Source: Camelus ferus
Lineage: Eukaryota
NCBI RefSeq assembly: GCF_009834535.1
Contig: NC_045696.1
Location: forward strand, 113,400,001-113,460,000
Length of the DNA: 60,000 bases
Direction: 5' to 3'
Made by a program: the position numbers and the translations under genes. Shown here one piece after another: positions 26,462 to 40,149 of the stretch (within the stretch, counting starts at the first letter, position 1; every line of letters begins with the position of its first letter). The notes below the pieces were generated by a model. The model saw only the letters and a program-made list of their open reading frames with translations. It ran no database searches and had not been told where the DNA came from.

Positions 26462-26650
26462 GTAGTGGTTCTCAGTCTTTCAGCAGCATCCGAATCCCCT
26501 GGAGGGTTTATTGACGCAGACGGGTAGGCCCCACCCCCAGAGTTTCCGGTCCAGGCGGTCTGGGTGGGACTCTAGAACCTGCATGTCTAACAAGTTCTCC
26601 GGTGCTGCTGGTGCTGCTGGTTTGAGCGCTACTCCTTAAGAAACATGGTT
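26462..26650. mobile_element. MER5A-like hAT-Charlie MITE
   Basis: agtggttctca...gcatccgaatcccctggaggg...ccccacccccagagtttc...taacaagttctccggtg. Confidence 0.8.
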
Positions 26651-28029
26651 CTAGGGGTACAAATTAAAGATAAAGGCTGGATCTAATCGGGCAGAGTCAA
26701 GCTAGGAGGCCTCTCGGTCTCTCCTCCCTGAGTCTAAAACAGGAAGGATTCAAACCTATGTAAGCCTCAGGTGCACTAACAGGAGGTGAGCGGCCCGGGG
26801 TGCTGGCCCCGAGGGAGGACACAATTGCAAAAGCTGCATCTTGCAGCAGTCCCAAACTTCAGTACATAGTGACCCTGTCCGCTACTGAAACACGGCCATG
26901 ACTGAGACCAGCAATCCTCCTGCATTGAGAAGGCCATCAGGCGGGTGGGTGGGGGTCAGGGGTGTTCTCTCCCGTCCAATCAGAGGCAGAGGACTGGGGG
27001 GAGGGGACAAAAGGACTCCCCTCTCTTGCCCTCCCTACAACCCAGGCTACTTACTGAGCCCCTGCTGCAAAGTCACACCTTAGAAGTCCCAAGCCTGACC
27101 CTTCTCTGGCCGTCCCTTCTCAGGCCAAGCATGACTGGAACCCGTTCCCCCTTCTAGATCAGCTCCAAATCTGAACTCCCTGCCCGAGTGGTCCTGGGCT
27201 GCTCCCTGCACAAGCCTCTTTCCCTGGTTCTCCCAGCCGGACCACACTGCCAGTATCCAAAGCTCTGGGCCCCAAGGATGCTAAAGGGGCTTGAACACAG
27301 CTTGGACCTAATCGTCAGGGTATGTGAGAGACTGAGCAGTGGCTGGTAGTTGTGGTCTAAGGAGCCCTAATCCGTAGCATTTACTGATTTCCAGTGTCAA
27401 TACTCCCACCCATGGCCAATTTCAAGATACCACTGTGAAGTCCACAGGCTCACAAAATTCCTGAAAAAATAGCTCCTCCTGCTGTGGGACAAAGGCAGCC
27501 GTGGGAGAAGAGCCAGGGCAGGCTGGGGGCCTGATCTGTGTTTTTGCCCCCACCGTGCATTTGTTAGAGGTAAGCCAATGGCAACATTTCTGTATCAACT
27601 AGGATGCTGCTCTGGTCGCCACTGACTGTAACTATTATTGATGAGCTCACAAAGGAGGACCCTTCCTTCTCCCTGACAGCATTCCATGCAGAAGACAGTC
27701 CTGTCGGTTGCCTATCCAACGGCCATTCTCCAACTCCTTGTTCTTTCTGGAAGAGCTGCTGCTCTCTACAGAGGATGAAAAAGATGTTAAATACTTGCTT
27801 TCCAGGGTCCCTCGATGCATGAGACTCTATCTGGCCAGTGGGAGCTGAGAGGTGAAGTCTGCTGGGGCCTCCGGAGAAAGGCTCCCCCCTAATAAACAAG
27901 AGGAAGGTCTCTCCTCTTCTCTGGACATTGCGCTTCTGCTGTGGTGCCTGACGGCGGTGCCCTCTTGCAATGTTACAAGCGTGTACCAGTTGACAAAGGA
28001 GGATCAGAAGCTCCTGGGTTTGGTTTTGT

Positions 28030-28750
28030 TTTTATTCATTGTGATAAAATACACATCATAAAATTTACCACCTTAACCATTTCTAAGCATGCAGTTCAGT
28101 AGTGGTAAGTACAATCACACTGTTGTGCACCCGATCCCCAGAACGTGTTTCATCTTGCAAGACTGAAACTCTGAAACATCTCTCCATTTCCCCCTCCCCC
28201 TTCACCCCCAGGTAACCACCATCCTACTCTCTACTGTCTGTCTCTATGGATGTGACTACTCTTAAGTACTTCATAAAAGTAGAATCATACAGTATCTGTC
28301 CTTTTGGGACTCGCTTATTTCACTTAGCATAAGGTTCATCCATGTTGTAGCATATGTCAGAATTTTTCTTTTTTAAGGCTGGGTGATAGCCCCATTGCAC
28401 GTCTGTACCACATGTTGGGATCCATTCATCCATCAATGGACACTTGGGCTGTTTCCACCATTTTGCTGTCATGCATCATGCTGCTATAACATGGATGAAC
28501 AAGTATCTTTTCAAGACGCTGCTTTCAATTCTTTTGGGGGTGATCCCAGAAGTGGCCTTGTTAGATCATATGCTAACTCTATTTAAAAAAATTTTAAGGG
28601 CTGCCATACTGCTTCCATAGCAGCTGTACCAATTTACATCCCCACCAACCGTGCCACAGTGGGTCCAATGTTTTCACATCCTCATCAAAACTTATTTCCC
28701 TTTTTTGTTTGTCTGTTTGATGACAGCCAATCTAATGGATGTGAGGTGGA
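28030..28750 (-). mobile_element. L1MB-like 3' end inserted in an older MaLR LTR
   Basis: aaatttaccaccttaaccattt...cattcccaccaac-type motifs; MLT1-like sequence on both flanks. Confidence 0.75.
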
Positions 28751-29059
28751 CTCTGGGGTTCTTGATGGCATTTAGAGCCACTGAACCAACCTGCATTTTC
28801 CCTGCCTCCAGGTCTTGTGTAGGAAATAAGTAATAAATATCCTTATTGTTTTATTCCCTTTTAGATAGGTCTTAGGTCGTAGGCATCTTCTAACTGATGC
28901 ACTGCCCTTTCTGTAAGACCCCAAACAGAAAGGATTAATTCTCTTCATGATTTAATTCTGTTTCTCACACTTTCCATCATATACTGCTTTCTCCACTCGG
29001 AACGTAACACTAATTTCACTTTGGGGTCAAGTCGCAATATAGAGTTACTGCAAATACAA

Positions 29060-29780
29060 AGGAATGTTCATAACAGCTTTATCTGTAGTAACTAAAAACT
29101 GGAAACAGCCCAGATATTCATCAACAGGAAAAAAAATACTTTGGTACATCCATACAAAGGAATACAATTTAGCAATAAAAAGGAACAAAACTATTGTTAT
29201 ACACGAATGATACAGATGAATTTTAAGACCGTCACGCTGTTCTTAAGATGCTGAATAGAGAAGCCTATACCAGAGAGTCATATGGCAATGGTTCCATTCA
29301 TATGGTTTTAGAACAGGTCAATCTAATCCACGGTGGAAGAAATCAGAGCAGTAGTTACTGTCTCTGTAGAGGTGGGGGTTGCCTCAAAAGATTAGATTAG
29401 ATTACATTAATCCTTTCTGTTTGAGGGTGATGGTAATGTTCTATGTCTCAGTTGGATTTAGGGTCACAAAGGGAGAATGCATTTGTCAAAACAGAGTGGT
29501 AAGCGTACCTAAAGTTATGTGCATCTGTCTATAAATCTTACATCAAAAGAACAAACTGTAAATTAATATTCAACTCTAGCAGGCTATATGCAAGCTGAAA
29601 ATTTTAGGGGGCAGTTTACGGATGACTGCCATCTACTTCACTGAAGTATTTTTTAAAAACCCAAGGTGGATTGATGGATGGAAGGATGGATAGGTATGTG
29701 ATAAACAAGTACAACAAAATGGGAAGGGTAGAATATAGGTGGTGGATGTCTGGGAGTTCACTGTAAAATGCTCCTAACTT
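29060..29780 (+). mobile_element. Old L1M 3' end
   Basis: aatgttcataacagctttat...aactggaaacagccca...ggtgatggtaatgttcta. Confidence 0.7.
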
Positions 29781-31177
29781 GACCAGCTAAGAGGGTTTGG
29801 AAGTGACAATAGGTTGAAAGTTTGGGTTTTACATGATAAAAATTTCCCTGACTTCCTTGGGTGTTGGAGTAAAATTAAAAGGATTTAGAAGAGATAAGAG
29901 AATCAACTACAGAAAATTTTACACTCTTTTACACCTGTACTACAAAACTGTTGTTTGTTTGTTTGTTTGTTAGGAGCAAAAACTGGAAAGCGATGCTGTT
30001 CAGGGAAGGTTTCAGCTTGAGCCCCAGCCGTTCACCTAGAACTTCAGGGCCTCGGTTCCATTCACATAGTGAGCTACAGGGTGATCTGTCAACCTTTAGC
30101 CCACACTCCCCAACACATTCACACTCTGGCTTTTTTTCTTTTTTTAACTGTGTTGTTTACGTGTCCTCGTCTCACAGATGTGAGCCTTGGAAGGGATGCT
30201 GGAGGGCATATGGTCCAGTCCCTCACTTCACAGAGAACTGAAACCAGGAAGGGGAAGGGAACTTCTATAGGCCATTGAAGAGCAGAATAGGCAACTAGCA
30301 AGGCATCCTCAGTCCTCAGTCAAATTTTAGTTTGGGGAATATTCAGAACTAAAAAACATGGAATTCTTCCTTCCCTTCCAGGGTACTGATTTTTACTACC
30401 TAGAAACATCACGCCCGTTACTTTTGCCCTTTGTGGTAGCAGCTTACCCGGACAATGAAAACACCGACTGGAACATGGAGGACCGTCCCTGTATGTTCTC
30501 GACTGAGGGACTAGGGATGAGACATGGACTGTCATCTCTGTCCCTTGTTTTAGATTCTCCTGAGGAAGCTACTGGAAACCAGCAGTGTCTGAAGGTGGAG
30601 GTCATCTGAGTCAGTCCTGACGGACAGCGCAGTTCCCGGCTGAGAAGGACCTAAATCAGGAACCACCCCCTCCGTAGCGGGTCCCCTCACTTCAGCCTGA
30701 GCCACCCAGGCTGAGCAGGGGGAGCCCCTCCAGGGCCTCCCCCAACCAGGGACGCCTCCTTTCTCCTCTCTCCTAAGGAAAACAATGACCTCATGTCTGT
30801 ACATCTCATTTAGTCTTGCAACCACTTCAAATGGTTTATCCTTTTTACAGATGAGAGGAAAACTTAATTAGGGGTCGGGGTGGGGGATAACATTAAACTA
30901 CCATGTACTGAATCCTTGACTAAGAGCTTCCCCTTTACCCAGACAATCCTGTAACAGCTCCACACCTGCACAGATCAAAGCAGACTAAAAACCACCCTGC
31001 GAGGAGACACCAAGCCTGGCATTCCTCGATCGCACTGACAGCTGAGAGCATGAGAGCAGACTCTGGGGCCCACCCCCCACTCAGCAGCTGTGCCACCTTG
31101 AATAAGTTACTTAAACTCTCCAAGCCTTGGTTTTCTTTATCTAGAAAACCCCTTCTTGGGATTAAGTAATAGAGATA

Positions 31178-32285
31178 TGCTGGTAACATTTAACAGCTGG
31201 CTCCCTGGGGAGGAAAAATGTATATGAGTGTGTATGTATGTATGTGTGATTTTTACTGAAAGGATATACAGCACATAATTTATAAAATATATAATACTCT
31301 TTACTCTAAATTCCATACAATTAGTTCTCACAGAATGCAATCCTTGGGGGAGGGTATAGCTCAACTGGTAGAGCACATGCTTATCATGCATGAGGTCTTG
31401 GGTTCAATCCCCAGTACCTCCATCAAGTAAGTAAATAAGTAAACCTAATTACTTCCATCAAAAAAAATGAAAAAATAATTTTAGAATGTAACAATGAATA
31501 TGTGTATGTTCATGTATAACTGAAAAATTGTGCTCTACACTGGAAGTTGACACAACATTGTAAATTGACTATAACTCAATAAAATAAAATTAAAAAAAAT
31601 AAAGAATGCATTCCTTTATTTTTGCCAAAGTTGCAACTGACAAACAAGTATAGTTCTGGCATGAATGTTGACTGATATGTTAAGTATTGTTAATACAGTA
31701 AAACAAACAATAAAAACTATGTCAGAACTTGACTTGTTTATCAATGATGTGAGAAACTTCTTTGCTGAATCAGATAATAGCTTTCAAATACTGGACTATT
31801 CAATTTTCTGTGCTATTTGCAATGGTTAACAGCAACAGACATGAGACACAAAAAATTTTTAACTTTAATCTGTATTGTTAAAATTTTCTCTATCACTTTA
31901 AGTCTAGAAAATCAACCAAACAAAAAAATCGAGCCCTGATTCATACGTAGCATTTGCAGCTTTTCACTGTATAAATAACCCCACCGTGGCCAGCACTTAG
32001 CAGGGCGTTGGGAAGAGATGGGTATACTGTCAGTGTACCCCCGTCATGCATGTAACACGCCAGACACATACACATACAGGTACTGACTCTCAAAAGCATT
32101 AACAATAAATTTAAAATAATTAGAAAGTAATGAGATTTTAGTATTACCTTCTCAAATATAATTCAATTGTAAGTTTATATAATTTAATTTGTAATAATGG
32201 TTATGTTTCTAACAACCAGCTCTCTGAATTCCTGGAAACATCACACCACACCTCAGAAGCCCCTCAAGCCTCGCGCCGGCAGCCC
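31178..32285. mobile_element. hAT-Tip100 (Arthur1-like) fossil interrupted by the SINE chimera
   Basis: tgctggtaacatttaacagctggctc...taacaaccagctc; related fragment at ~27337-27470. Confidence 0.55.
31346..31602 (+). mobile_element. tRNA-SINE fused to an L1 3' tail under one TSD
   Basis: SINE 31346-~31475, L1 tail ~31485-31600; 13/14 TSD 31332-31345 / 31603-31616. Confidence 0.88.
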
Positions 32286-34164
32286 AGGGCTAGAACGGTA
32301 GTTGCTGGCAACCATCAGTCCTGACGCTGTGACCGGCGGCCATCTGCTCCGTGGGCACAGCACAACTTCACAACACTGACCGGGTTAGTGCCCCAGATTT
32401 TCATGGAACATCATTTTGTATTTGGATTAAAAAAAAAAAATCTGAAACATAGGTAGATGTTCAATAAATGTGTGCTAGTAATGCATGGCTAAACCATCAA
32501 TCTATTCCTCAAAAATCCCGTCAGATAAAACAGCTTAGAAAAAAGAGCAGCCGTTGCAGGGGCAAATGATCAAGAGAGAATGAAAGTGTAGGTGCTTTCC
32601 ACTTTGGAAACTACCCTACTTGTTTTTAACTGCAGAACCTGAACAGGAAATGAAATGCCTATGGTAGGAGGGAAAAAAATAGATGAAAATTTACAAGCAA
32701 AACAACAAAGTAATGGGGGTGAGAGGCACTGCTGAGGCTAAGGATAAGGAGAGTTCAGAGAAAAGTGAAGCAATACAACTTACCTTAGACACGTTGGAAG
32801 ATCATGTTCAAGTCTATGTACACCAGTAGGGAAATGGAGAGGAATCAAATTAGGAACACCATACTTACCTCAGGTATCTTGCGGATTTTTTTAAACACTG
32901 ATCTCACCCTCTTTAGTAATTTATATTAAAACATAGGGTAAATGCGAATTCTGAGCACATGTTTACGTCCTGGGGAATGTGCCCCATACAAAGCCTTCTG
33001 GAGTACTTCGGAGCTTCCTCCAAGACCGCCATTAGGGCTCCTACACCCATTCGATTCAATGTGTTGTTCTAAGTGGATCTGCTAGTCTAGTGTCTGAAAA
33101 ATCACCCCAAAGCAACCCCCTTTCCCGTCGTGAAGAGCAACTCTGACGAGGCTCCTGGACAGGCCGCAGTTGTTCCCCAGCTTTAGGATGGACTAAGGAT
33201 TAAGAAAAGCAAATGGAACAAATTTTAACAGGCCCAGCAGAGTGCAAAAACTGAAACCAGATCCGTGCACTGGCTGTCTTTACACGTATACTTAGCTGCA
33301 GCATTTCCAAAATTCGGAAGGATTTCAATCTATTTTGTTTTCCATCAACCACACATATTGAGAGTTCAATGTTTCTTATGCAAAAAAGGTGCAAAATACG
33401 ATACAAATTTGTACAGTAATCCACAGAATATGGTCAACATTCTGATCAAAACCCAAAGTATGGTTAACAGGGTTTTTTCCCTCCTGAAAGCATACTTTCC
33501 AAGGAGCCCGAGAAGAGTTCAGCAAAGAAAAAAACGGGGGTTATTTGGAAAAACAGCATCCCACTGAGCCCTTCCTTACAGGACTCTCGATGCACGTTTG
33601 CTCGTTAGGGAACAGGAACAACACAGAGATGTCTCGGTAACCTTGGTCAGCCCAGTATTTCCAAACTCACTCAGTAAAGCAGCCCATGTCTTCCACCTAA
33701 CATCAATTCACACTCAGAGAGTAGTGGACAGTACTGGTCTTGCCAACAAGTGCAGGGAATGCTCATTTAAGTAACTATCTTAACTTTGCCAGCATGGCTG
33801 CAACCACAAGGAAAGGGAAAAGGAGGCGGTGGTCTTGCTGAGGCTCCTTATCCCATTAAAGACCAAGGCTGAATCTTGACTAGATCAGGTACCCCACCTG
33901 CCTTCCTCTCTCACCATCCCTTCCCAGAAAGACTATCTTATCACAGCAAACCGCTATTCAGTGGGCATTAAAGAAAACAGTAACAATCGTTGTTAAAATC
34001 TCTAAACTTTATAGTCTTTCTTTAAAAAAAAAAAAGCCCTGCATATACATACCCCCCCATGCTGAATGAGAGATTTATGTAAGAGATCCTGCTATGGTCA
34101 AAGGAAAGGAGTAAGTTATAAATGGTCTTACAAAAAAGTCAAGATAGAAAGATACCAGAAACTA

Positions 34165-37100
34165 CACTTGGTTAGAAATAATATTTATTCTCCCCTCCCC
34201 CCATGTACAGATTACTTTTCAGAAACATGAAGATATTATCCATGTCTTCATCAATAACAGTTTGTAGAAAATAAACTTAATTCATATCTTGTCAATAATA
34301 TATTTCTATCATTTCTTTTTAAAACAATAGCCATTGTATTTTTCCATGTTAGCTCAAGAATAGCTTCAAGTTTTATGTTTCGGATCAAATCAACACAATC
34401 TTTGTTTATCGGTAATTTCCTGACAGAGCCCCTCCCCCCAACCCCTAAAAAAAATTCTATATCCTAAGTGATAAAGTCTTCTTGTACATTCAGCAAACTT
34501 TATACTGGAAAAGAAAAAGGATAATTGAGATAGGTACCTACTCTCGTGCACAGGGATACATCTAGCTGAGCTTCTACACCTTGCTTTGCAATGTTTACAT
34601 AAAATAAACTGTATCTTATCAAGTTACAATGGTAATTTGTTGAAACGTAGTTACGAAAGCTATACACTTAATCCACTGAAGTTTCCTTCTAGTTTTTGAA
34701 ACTGTAATTAAACCGTCGCCATAAGGAAAAGCTTCATCCCAAGAAGACGTTTCCCCTTTCCCTCAGCTATTTCTCTCTAAAGGCTTGAATCCTCTCTCAG
34801 ATCACGTAAAGAGATACATTAAAATGACAGAAAAAAATGTTTTAGCTTGCTGACATAATGCCCTTAAGTTTGCTGACATAATGCCCGTATTTTAAGTTTA
34901 AAATGTAAAATCAGAGTTAAAGCATCACTTAATTCATACAGTACATTATTAATCAACAGTGTCCCACCAAAGAGGTTCCCTAAATTGGTTGTCTTCTCCG
35001 CATTTAGTAAGTTTATAACCGATGACTCAATCAAAGAATGTGCTTGTAATAGGCTGCTGGTTTAAGTTTAGACGTAGAGGTTTCAATATGGGGCCGTTTT
35101 CAAATATAGAAATGCTAAGAGTGGCATATGAACGACTAATTTTGTTTCCCATTACCTACAGGAAGAATTTGTTCAAATAAAATTTTACAAGACAAAATGC
35201 AAATATCTACCTATATCTAGATGTATACATGTATATACTGAATCTAACTAAAGTTTTATAAGCAATACTAACATAGTTCTGGTTACACATTCCTAAAGAC
35301 TTAGTAATTGTTTTAAAGATATATGTTATAAAGAGGCTTATGCAAAAGGCAAAAATTAAGAAACAACATGATCTTTGAGGTTTTCAATATTACTTGAAAA
35401 AGCTGTTTCTATTCCCCATAGAAGAAAAACTATGCATTTATCTTAGGAAAAAAATTATAAAAAGATAATGCTATCATGTAAAGAATTCACAAAAACTATA
35501 CTGTATATCCCATAAAAGCCCTACCTATTTAAGGTAAATCACAATTATGGTTTATACTGTATTACAGACATCACCATCACCACCTTTCCTCTTTAATAAT
35601 GAGAGGGTTTCACTCTTTTCTAACTTACTTAACTAGTGCCACAGAAATTCAAGTCCCAGTAGCAACAAGTTAAACAAGGTTACAAAATAAGGCATTCTGC
35701 TCACATGTCATTAAAGTAACAGGCTGAGTACAGTTAAGTGGGGTCTTTTCATTTTCACTATTTTATATAATCCAAAAATTATATAGAAGGCAATCTTCAC
35801 CTAAAAATCCAATCCACTGCTATCTTCCAGGGCAACAGAGAAACATACATAAAATCCTCAGCTTTTTGACGATTTTCTCCACCTGCCATAAACAGAGGCT
35901 GATCCTACCTATTTACAAAAGCCCAAAATAAGAAATGTGGATGAAATGTCCTTGACTATATACCATTTCTAAGCCTGTAGGTCACACACTGATTTTTCAA
36001 ATTATAGGTTAAATCTAATTTGACAAAAATCCCTGTAGTGTTACTTAGGGGAAAAACAAGTGGGTTCAGAACACGCTTGCACATCCACACTCACACACTC
36101 AGGCACACGTCAACATGTTAAACAGTTTTCTTAAACATTGGTTGGTTCTCCAGAAAGAATCAAAATAATCTACCATCAAGCTGCAGCATGTGTATCATGG
36201 GCGGCAATGCAACCTTTTTCAGCACAAGGTAAGAAACTGAATGAACTTTTAAACAACTAGTACCTTTACCAAAGATGAACTCTAAAATACGTATTTTTTT
36301 GAAATTTGGACTTGATGGCCTGTTGCACTTTTACATTAAGTGTTGTTTAAATAAACAAAAATAGAGCATAAACTCAATACTCTACTGTCTAAATATTTAA
36401 AGCAATGGTTGTTAACATCATCAACAGGTAAAATGCACCTAATTTGGGTCTTTTGACACCTCCTGTTTTAAGTTTATTATATGATAAAGCTCTTCACAGT
36501 TTAAAATATTGTGAAGAAATATATTTATGTGTAACTATATTCACATACATACTATGTACACATACTATGGATTTGATGTACCCATGAACTCTGAATATAT
36601 GTGTGCCAGATAGACACCCCACACATATGCAGGAACCCTGAATAACAGATGGGTGTGGACTGTGAAATGATTTCCAAGAAATGCGTAGAAATAAAAAAAA
36701 ATTATCATGAATAATTATAACAAAAATTTAACCTTATTTACATAGTGCCTATCTCCCAAGAGGTAAATATGCTTTCTAGACATTTTTTATTATCTCTGTG
36801 AGGTGGGCCATTGGGAACACAACCGATTCTCATTTTCCACAACCAGCAAGCCTGCGCAGGACCATACACTTTCACGGTGGCAGTGTGAAACAGACAAGGA
36901 GGTCTAACCTGCACAGCCTCCCATTACCAGGTCAAACGGTCCTGCGGGGAAATCAAGTTTCCATCTTATAAGAGAACTTCCACCACAAAGGATTAACTTT
37001 TAAGTCTTCAGATACTTGTGCCTGGGCATTATGTTTATACCACAGGGAGATCAAAATGGTTTTTGGTTTTGGCAGATGAAAAAAGTCTAACATTCAGTGT

Positions 37101-37357
37101 GACTCTAATTCAGTGTAACTTCTCCAGTTTAAGTGCAACACAGCTGACTGGTCTATCGGGGAAATGCGGGCAATGTCTAATCATGGCTGAAGAGATCTCA
37201 CCCCAAAGGGCTACCACCTGATCGCAGACAGCCTACAGCCTCGTGCTGCCTTCGAGGCCTCCTCTCCCTCCTCGCACGGTACACACACAGAAACAAGCCT
37301 CTCAGCACACAGTGTACAGTTAGCATGAATCAGTTCACGTCTGAGTAACCAAAGGCC
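34165..37357 (-). other. NR1D2: NR1D2 3'UTR (~3.2 kb, 3' end approximate)
   Basis: AT-rich stretch without recognisable transposons after the stop; AATAAA on minus at 36786-36791, 36473-36478 and 34184-34189; Pumilio and miRNA motifs. Confidence 0.75.
34184..34189 (-). terminator. Candidate main poly(A) signal of NR1D2
   Basis: AATAAA on minus with UGUA just upstream and U/GU-rich sequence downstream. Confidence 0.6.
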
Positions 37358-37554
37358 TCAGGGGTGGACTTTAAAGGCCAGGAGCTCCTCAGAGTGCATG
37401 TTGTTCAACGATCGAAGATCTGGCAACTTCAGAAGCAGCTTTGTAAAAATAGAGGCCTCGTTTGGATGGTTCTTCATGATTAAGGTCCTTAGCGCCCGGA
37501 TGAGCGTTTCCTGCAGGGCCTCCACCGAGTTGGCGTTCTCTATTCCAGACCGAT
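37358..37554 (-). CDS. NR1D2: NR1D2 exon 8 coding part (LBD end, heme-ligand His, no AF-2 helix), 197 bp including TGA
   Basis: DRSGIENANSVEALQETL...LRSLNNMHSEELLAFKVHP*; cctcag| acceptor; exons 2-8 total 1721 nt in one frame. Confidence 0.98.
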
Positions 37555-37899
37555 CTGAGGGAGAGTGCGGAGGAGAGAGGTGGATGAGAGGACACGTCAT
37601 TGACACTAAACACAAATATCATACTCACTCGTCAATCTCATTAATTCTCAAAACAGGGTTTTATCCACTGAACAAAGGCAAAAGATAACTGACAAAATTT
37701 TTAAAATCCCAATGGCAAATTTTTGTAGCTATTATATTACAAAAATATATATCACATAGTACACTTAATAGATCAAAATTCTTTAGTGTTTAGGTATCTT
37801 TGTTCACAAAAATCTAGGTTCTGATTTTTCAAATTAGATGCCATCTAATTTCAATTGCTTCTGATTAGCAAAATAAAATGAATAATGTGATTCAGAAAT

Positions 37900-38478
37900 A
37901 CATCTTTACCTCATGAGGAATAATATCCACATTTGCATGTCACCATGCGTGGTGGCAGCCTCTGCAACGGCCCCCAATGGTCCCCTCATCCTGGTATCCC
38001 TGCTCTGCGCATCCTTCCTGCATTGAGTGGGCCAGACTCCCTGACTCGCTACTAATGGATAAAATACTATAGAAAAAAAACGCAGCTTCCATCCTAGGCC
38101 TTCTCCCACTCACATGCTCTGAGGAAAGCCGTGTGAGCTGCCCTAGGACGTGGCCAGCGTGCTAAGCAGCTGAGGGCGGTCTCCAGCCATCAGCCAGCCA
38201 GGGACTGAGGCACTCAGTCTAACAACATGTGAGGGACTGAGTCCTTCCAGCAACCCTGTGAAGGCCCGGAAGCAGACCCCGCGCTGAAGAGCCTTCCTAA
38301 GAGAGCACAGCCTGCCCACTGCTTGACCACAAGCTCCTAAGCAGCCCTGAGCCGGGGACACTCATCTAAGCCACACCTACACTCCTAAGCCTCAGACAGT
38401 GTGCAATAACAAATGTATGCATTGTAAGCCACTAAGTTTTAGGGTAATTTGTTACGCAGGAATAGGTAACTAGCATAG
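37900..38478 (+). mobile_element. MaLR LTR (MLT1E/F-like) in intron 7
   Basis: aagccactaagttttagggtaatttgttacgcaggaataggtaacta 3' terminus. Confidence 0.75.
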
Positions 38479-40149
38479 TATGTAACTTTATTACCTAGTT
38501 ATATCATCCTGCATTCACTTTTATTTAGCATACTGTATACTAAACTCATCATACAAAAATGTTAATAAATTAATGATTTAGTATAATCAGCTATCAATAA
38601 AAGTATCTTAAAATTAGCCAAAACTATGTTGTTTGCCCGTGGACTTTTTTCATCAACAAGGGCTAATTCTTCCTTTTGCAATAGGTGACAGTAGAGTGCA
38701 AGAAATATTCAATGGCTCCTGGTATAGGGAGTTGTAATTAATAAGAAAAAGACTTCTCCAAGGAAGCAAAACTCTCTGGCCATTTGCCCTTATTTAATTT
38801 TTTTACAAGGAAATTAAGGAGGTTTTCCACTGTAACTGGCAGCTGAAAAAGCCTACTTGCAATGCGAACACTCAGAACAAGGACTAAAAATTAATAGTAA
38901 GGGAGGGGGAAGACTGAGTAATTCTAAATACAGGGGGAAATGATGAAAATAGGAAAAATGATGAAAATAAGTTTATCTTACATTTAGTAAAATTTGGATC
39001 ATGACTACAACTACGTGCTAATTCTTACGGAAAAAGAAACAAACTGAATGTTGACTATTGAGATTTCTGCTTTTTTTGGGGGGGGGGGTTCAATTTTCCA
39101 AACAAAATAGTGAGATAGATCTCTTGACATTTGACTTTGGCCATGCAATTATGAGGGTCATCTTTGCAAAACTACTCCCTTGCCTTTAATATTCAAGTAA
39201 TTGTTTCCTTTTACATCCTTGCAATGTGTTCATTCACCACACACTTATTAAATGTGTGTGGTTACTGGAATAGGTGCTAGGGAATTATCAGTGGACAAAA
39301 CAAACCAAAATTCCTTCCTTTAGAGAGCTCATACCTTAACAGAAGAAAGTTAACCGGTTTACACTGCATCACCAGTAATTTACACCACCAACACCTGGGA
39401 AAGAATGACAGCAGCCCCCACAAACAAAATCATCTAGACGGCAAAAAAAGGAACAGCAAGTGGGAAAGGATACTGGAGTTAGTATCATCAGGGGAGGCTG
39501 GTCCTCCAGTGAACAGCTTGTGCTTGGATGACCTATGCCCCTCTATTCAGCTCCCTTCAAGGAAATAGACACCTATACCTAAAAATGTAAATAATATTAA
39601 ATTTTTCTAAAACCTCAATTTCTAAAACCATGGTTTCATGATCTCAAGGCCAAAAGACCTACATACAAATCTAGCTGGATCGTAAGCAACAGTCCTCTAG
39701 AAGCTGCAACACTGGAAGGCACAGGCTGGAACAGAAATTCACCTTCCACAGGACGCACTGAGTGCTGCACTGTTACCTGCATCACCTCCCTCAGGACACA
39801 GCTGTCTTCTAGTTCCTTAACCGTCTGGCTCTTCGTCCCTCTCCCAAGCTTGCACTCCTCACCAACTGTTCCCACGATGCAGATGGAAGTTAAATTCCTT
39901 CAACAAAACCCTCTGCGAGGACAGCTACAGTCCGCATCTACATGAGCCTGGGCCTCCCTCACACCTACGCTCCAGTCTCTGCTCTTCAACTGCAAGGGGC
40001 TGCTGCCGTTTCACACAACCCAAAGAAGAATTTACCTTCCAGGAGTAATCCCTCTTCTCTCCACAGTATCAGGATTCCTCCAGTCTCCCAGGCAAGTGCC
40101 ACGTTTGAGATTTCTCTCTCCCTTAACAGCTACAGCTGTTCTGTTGACA

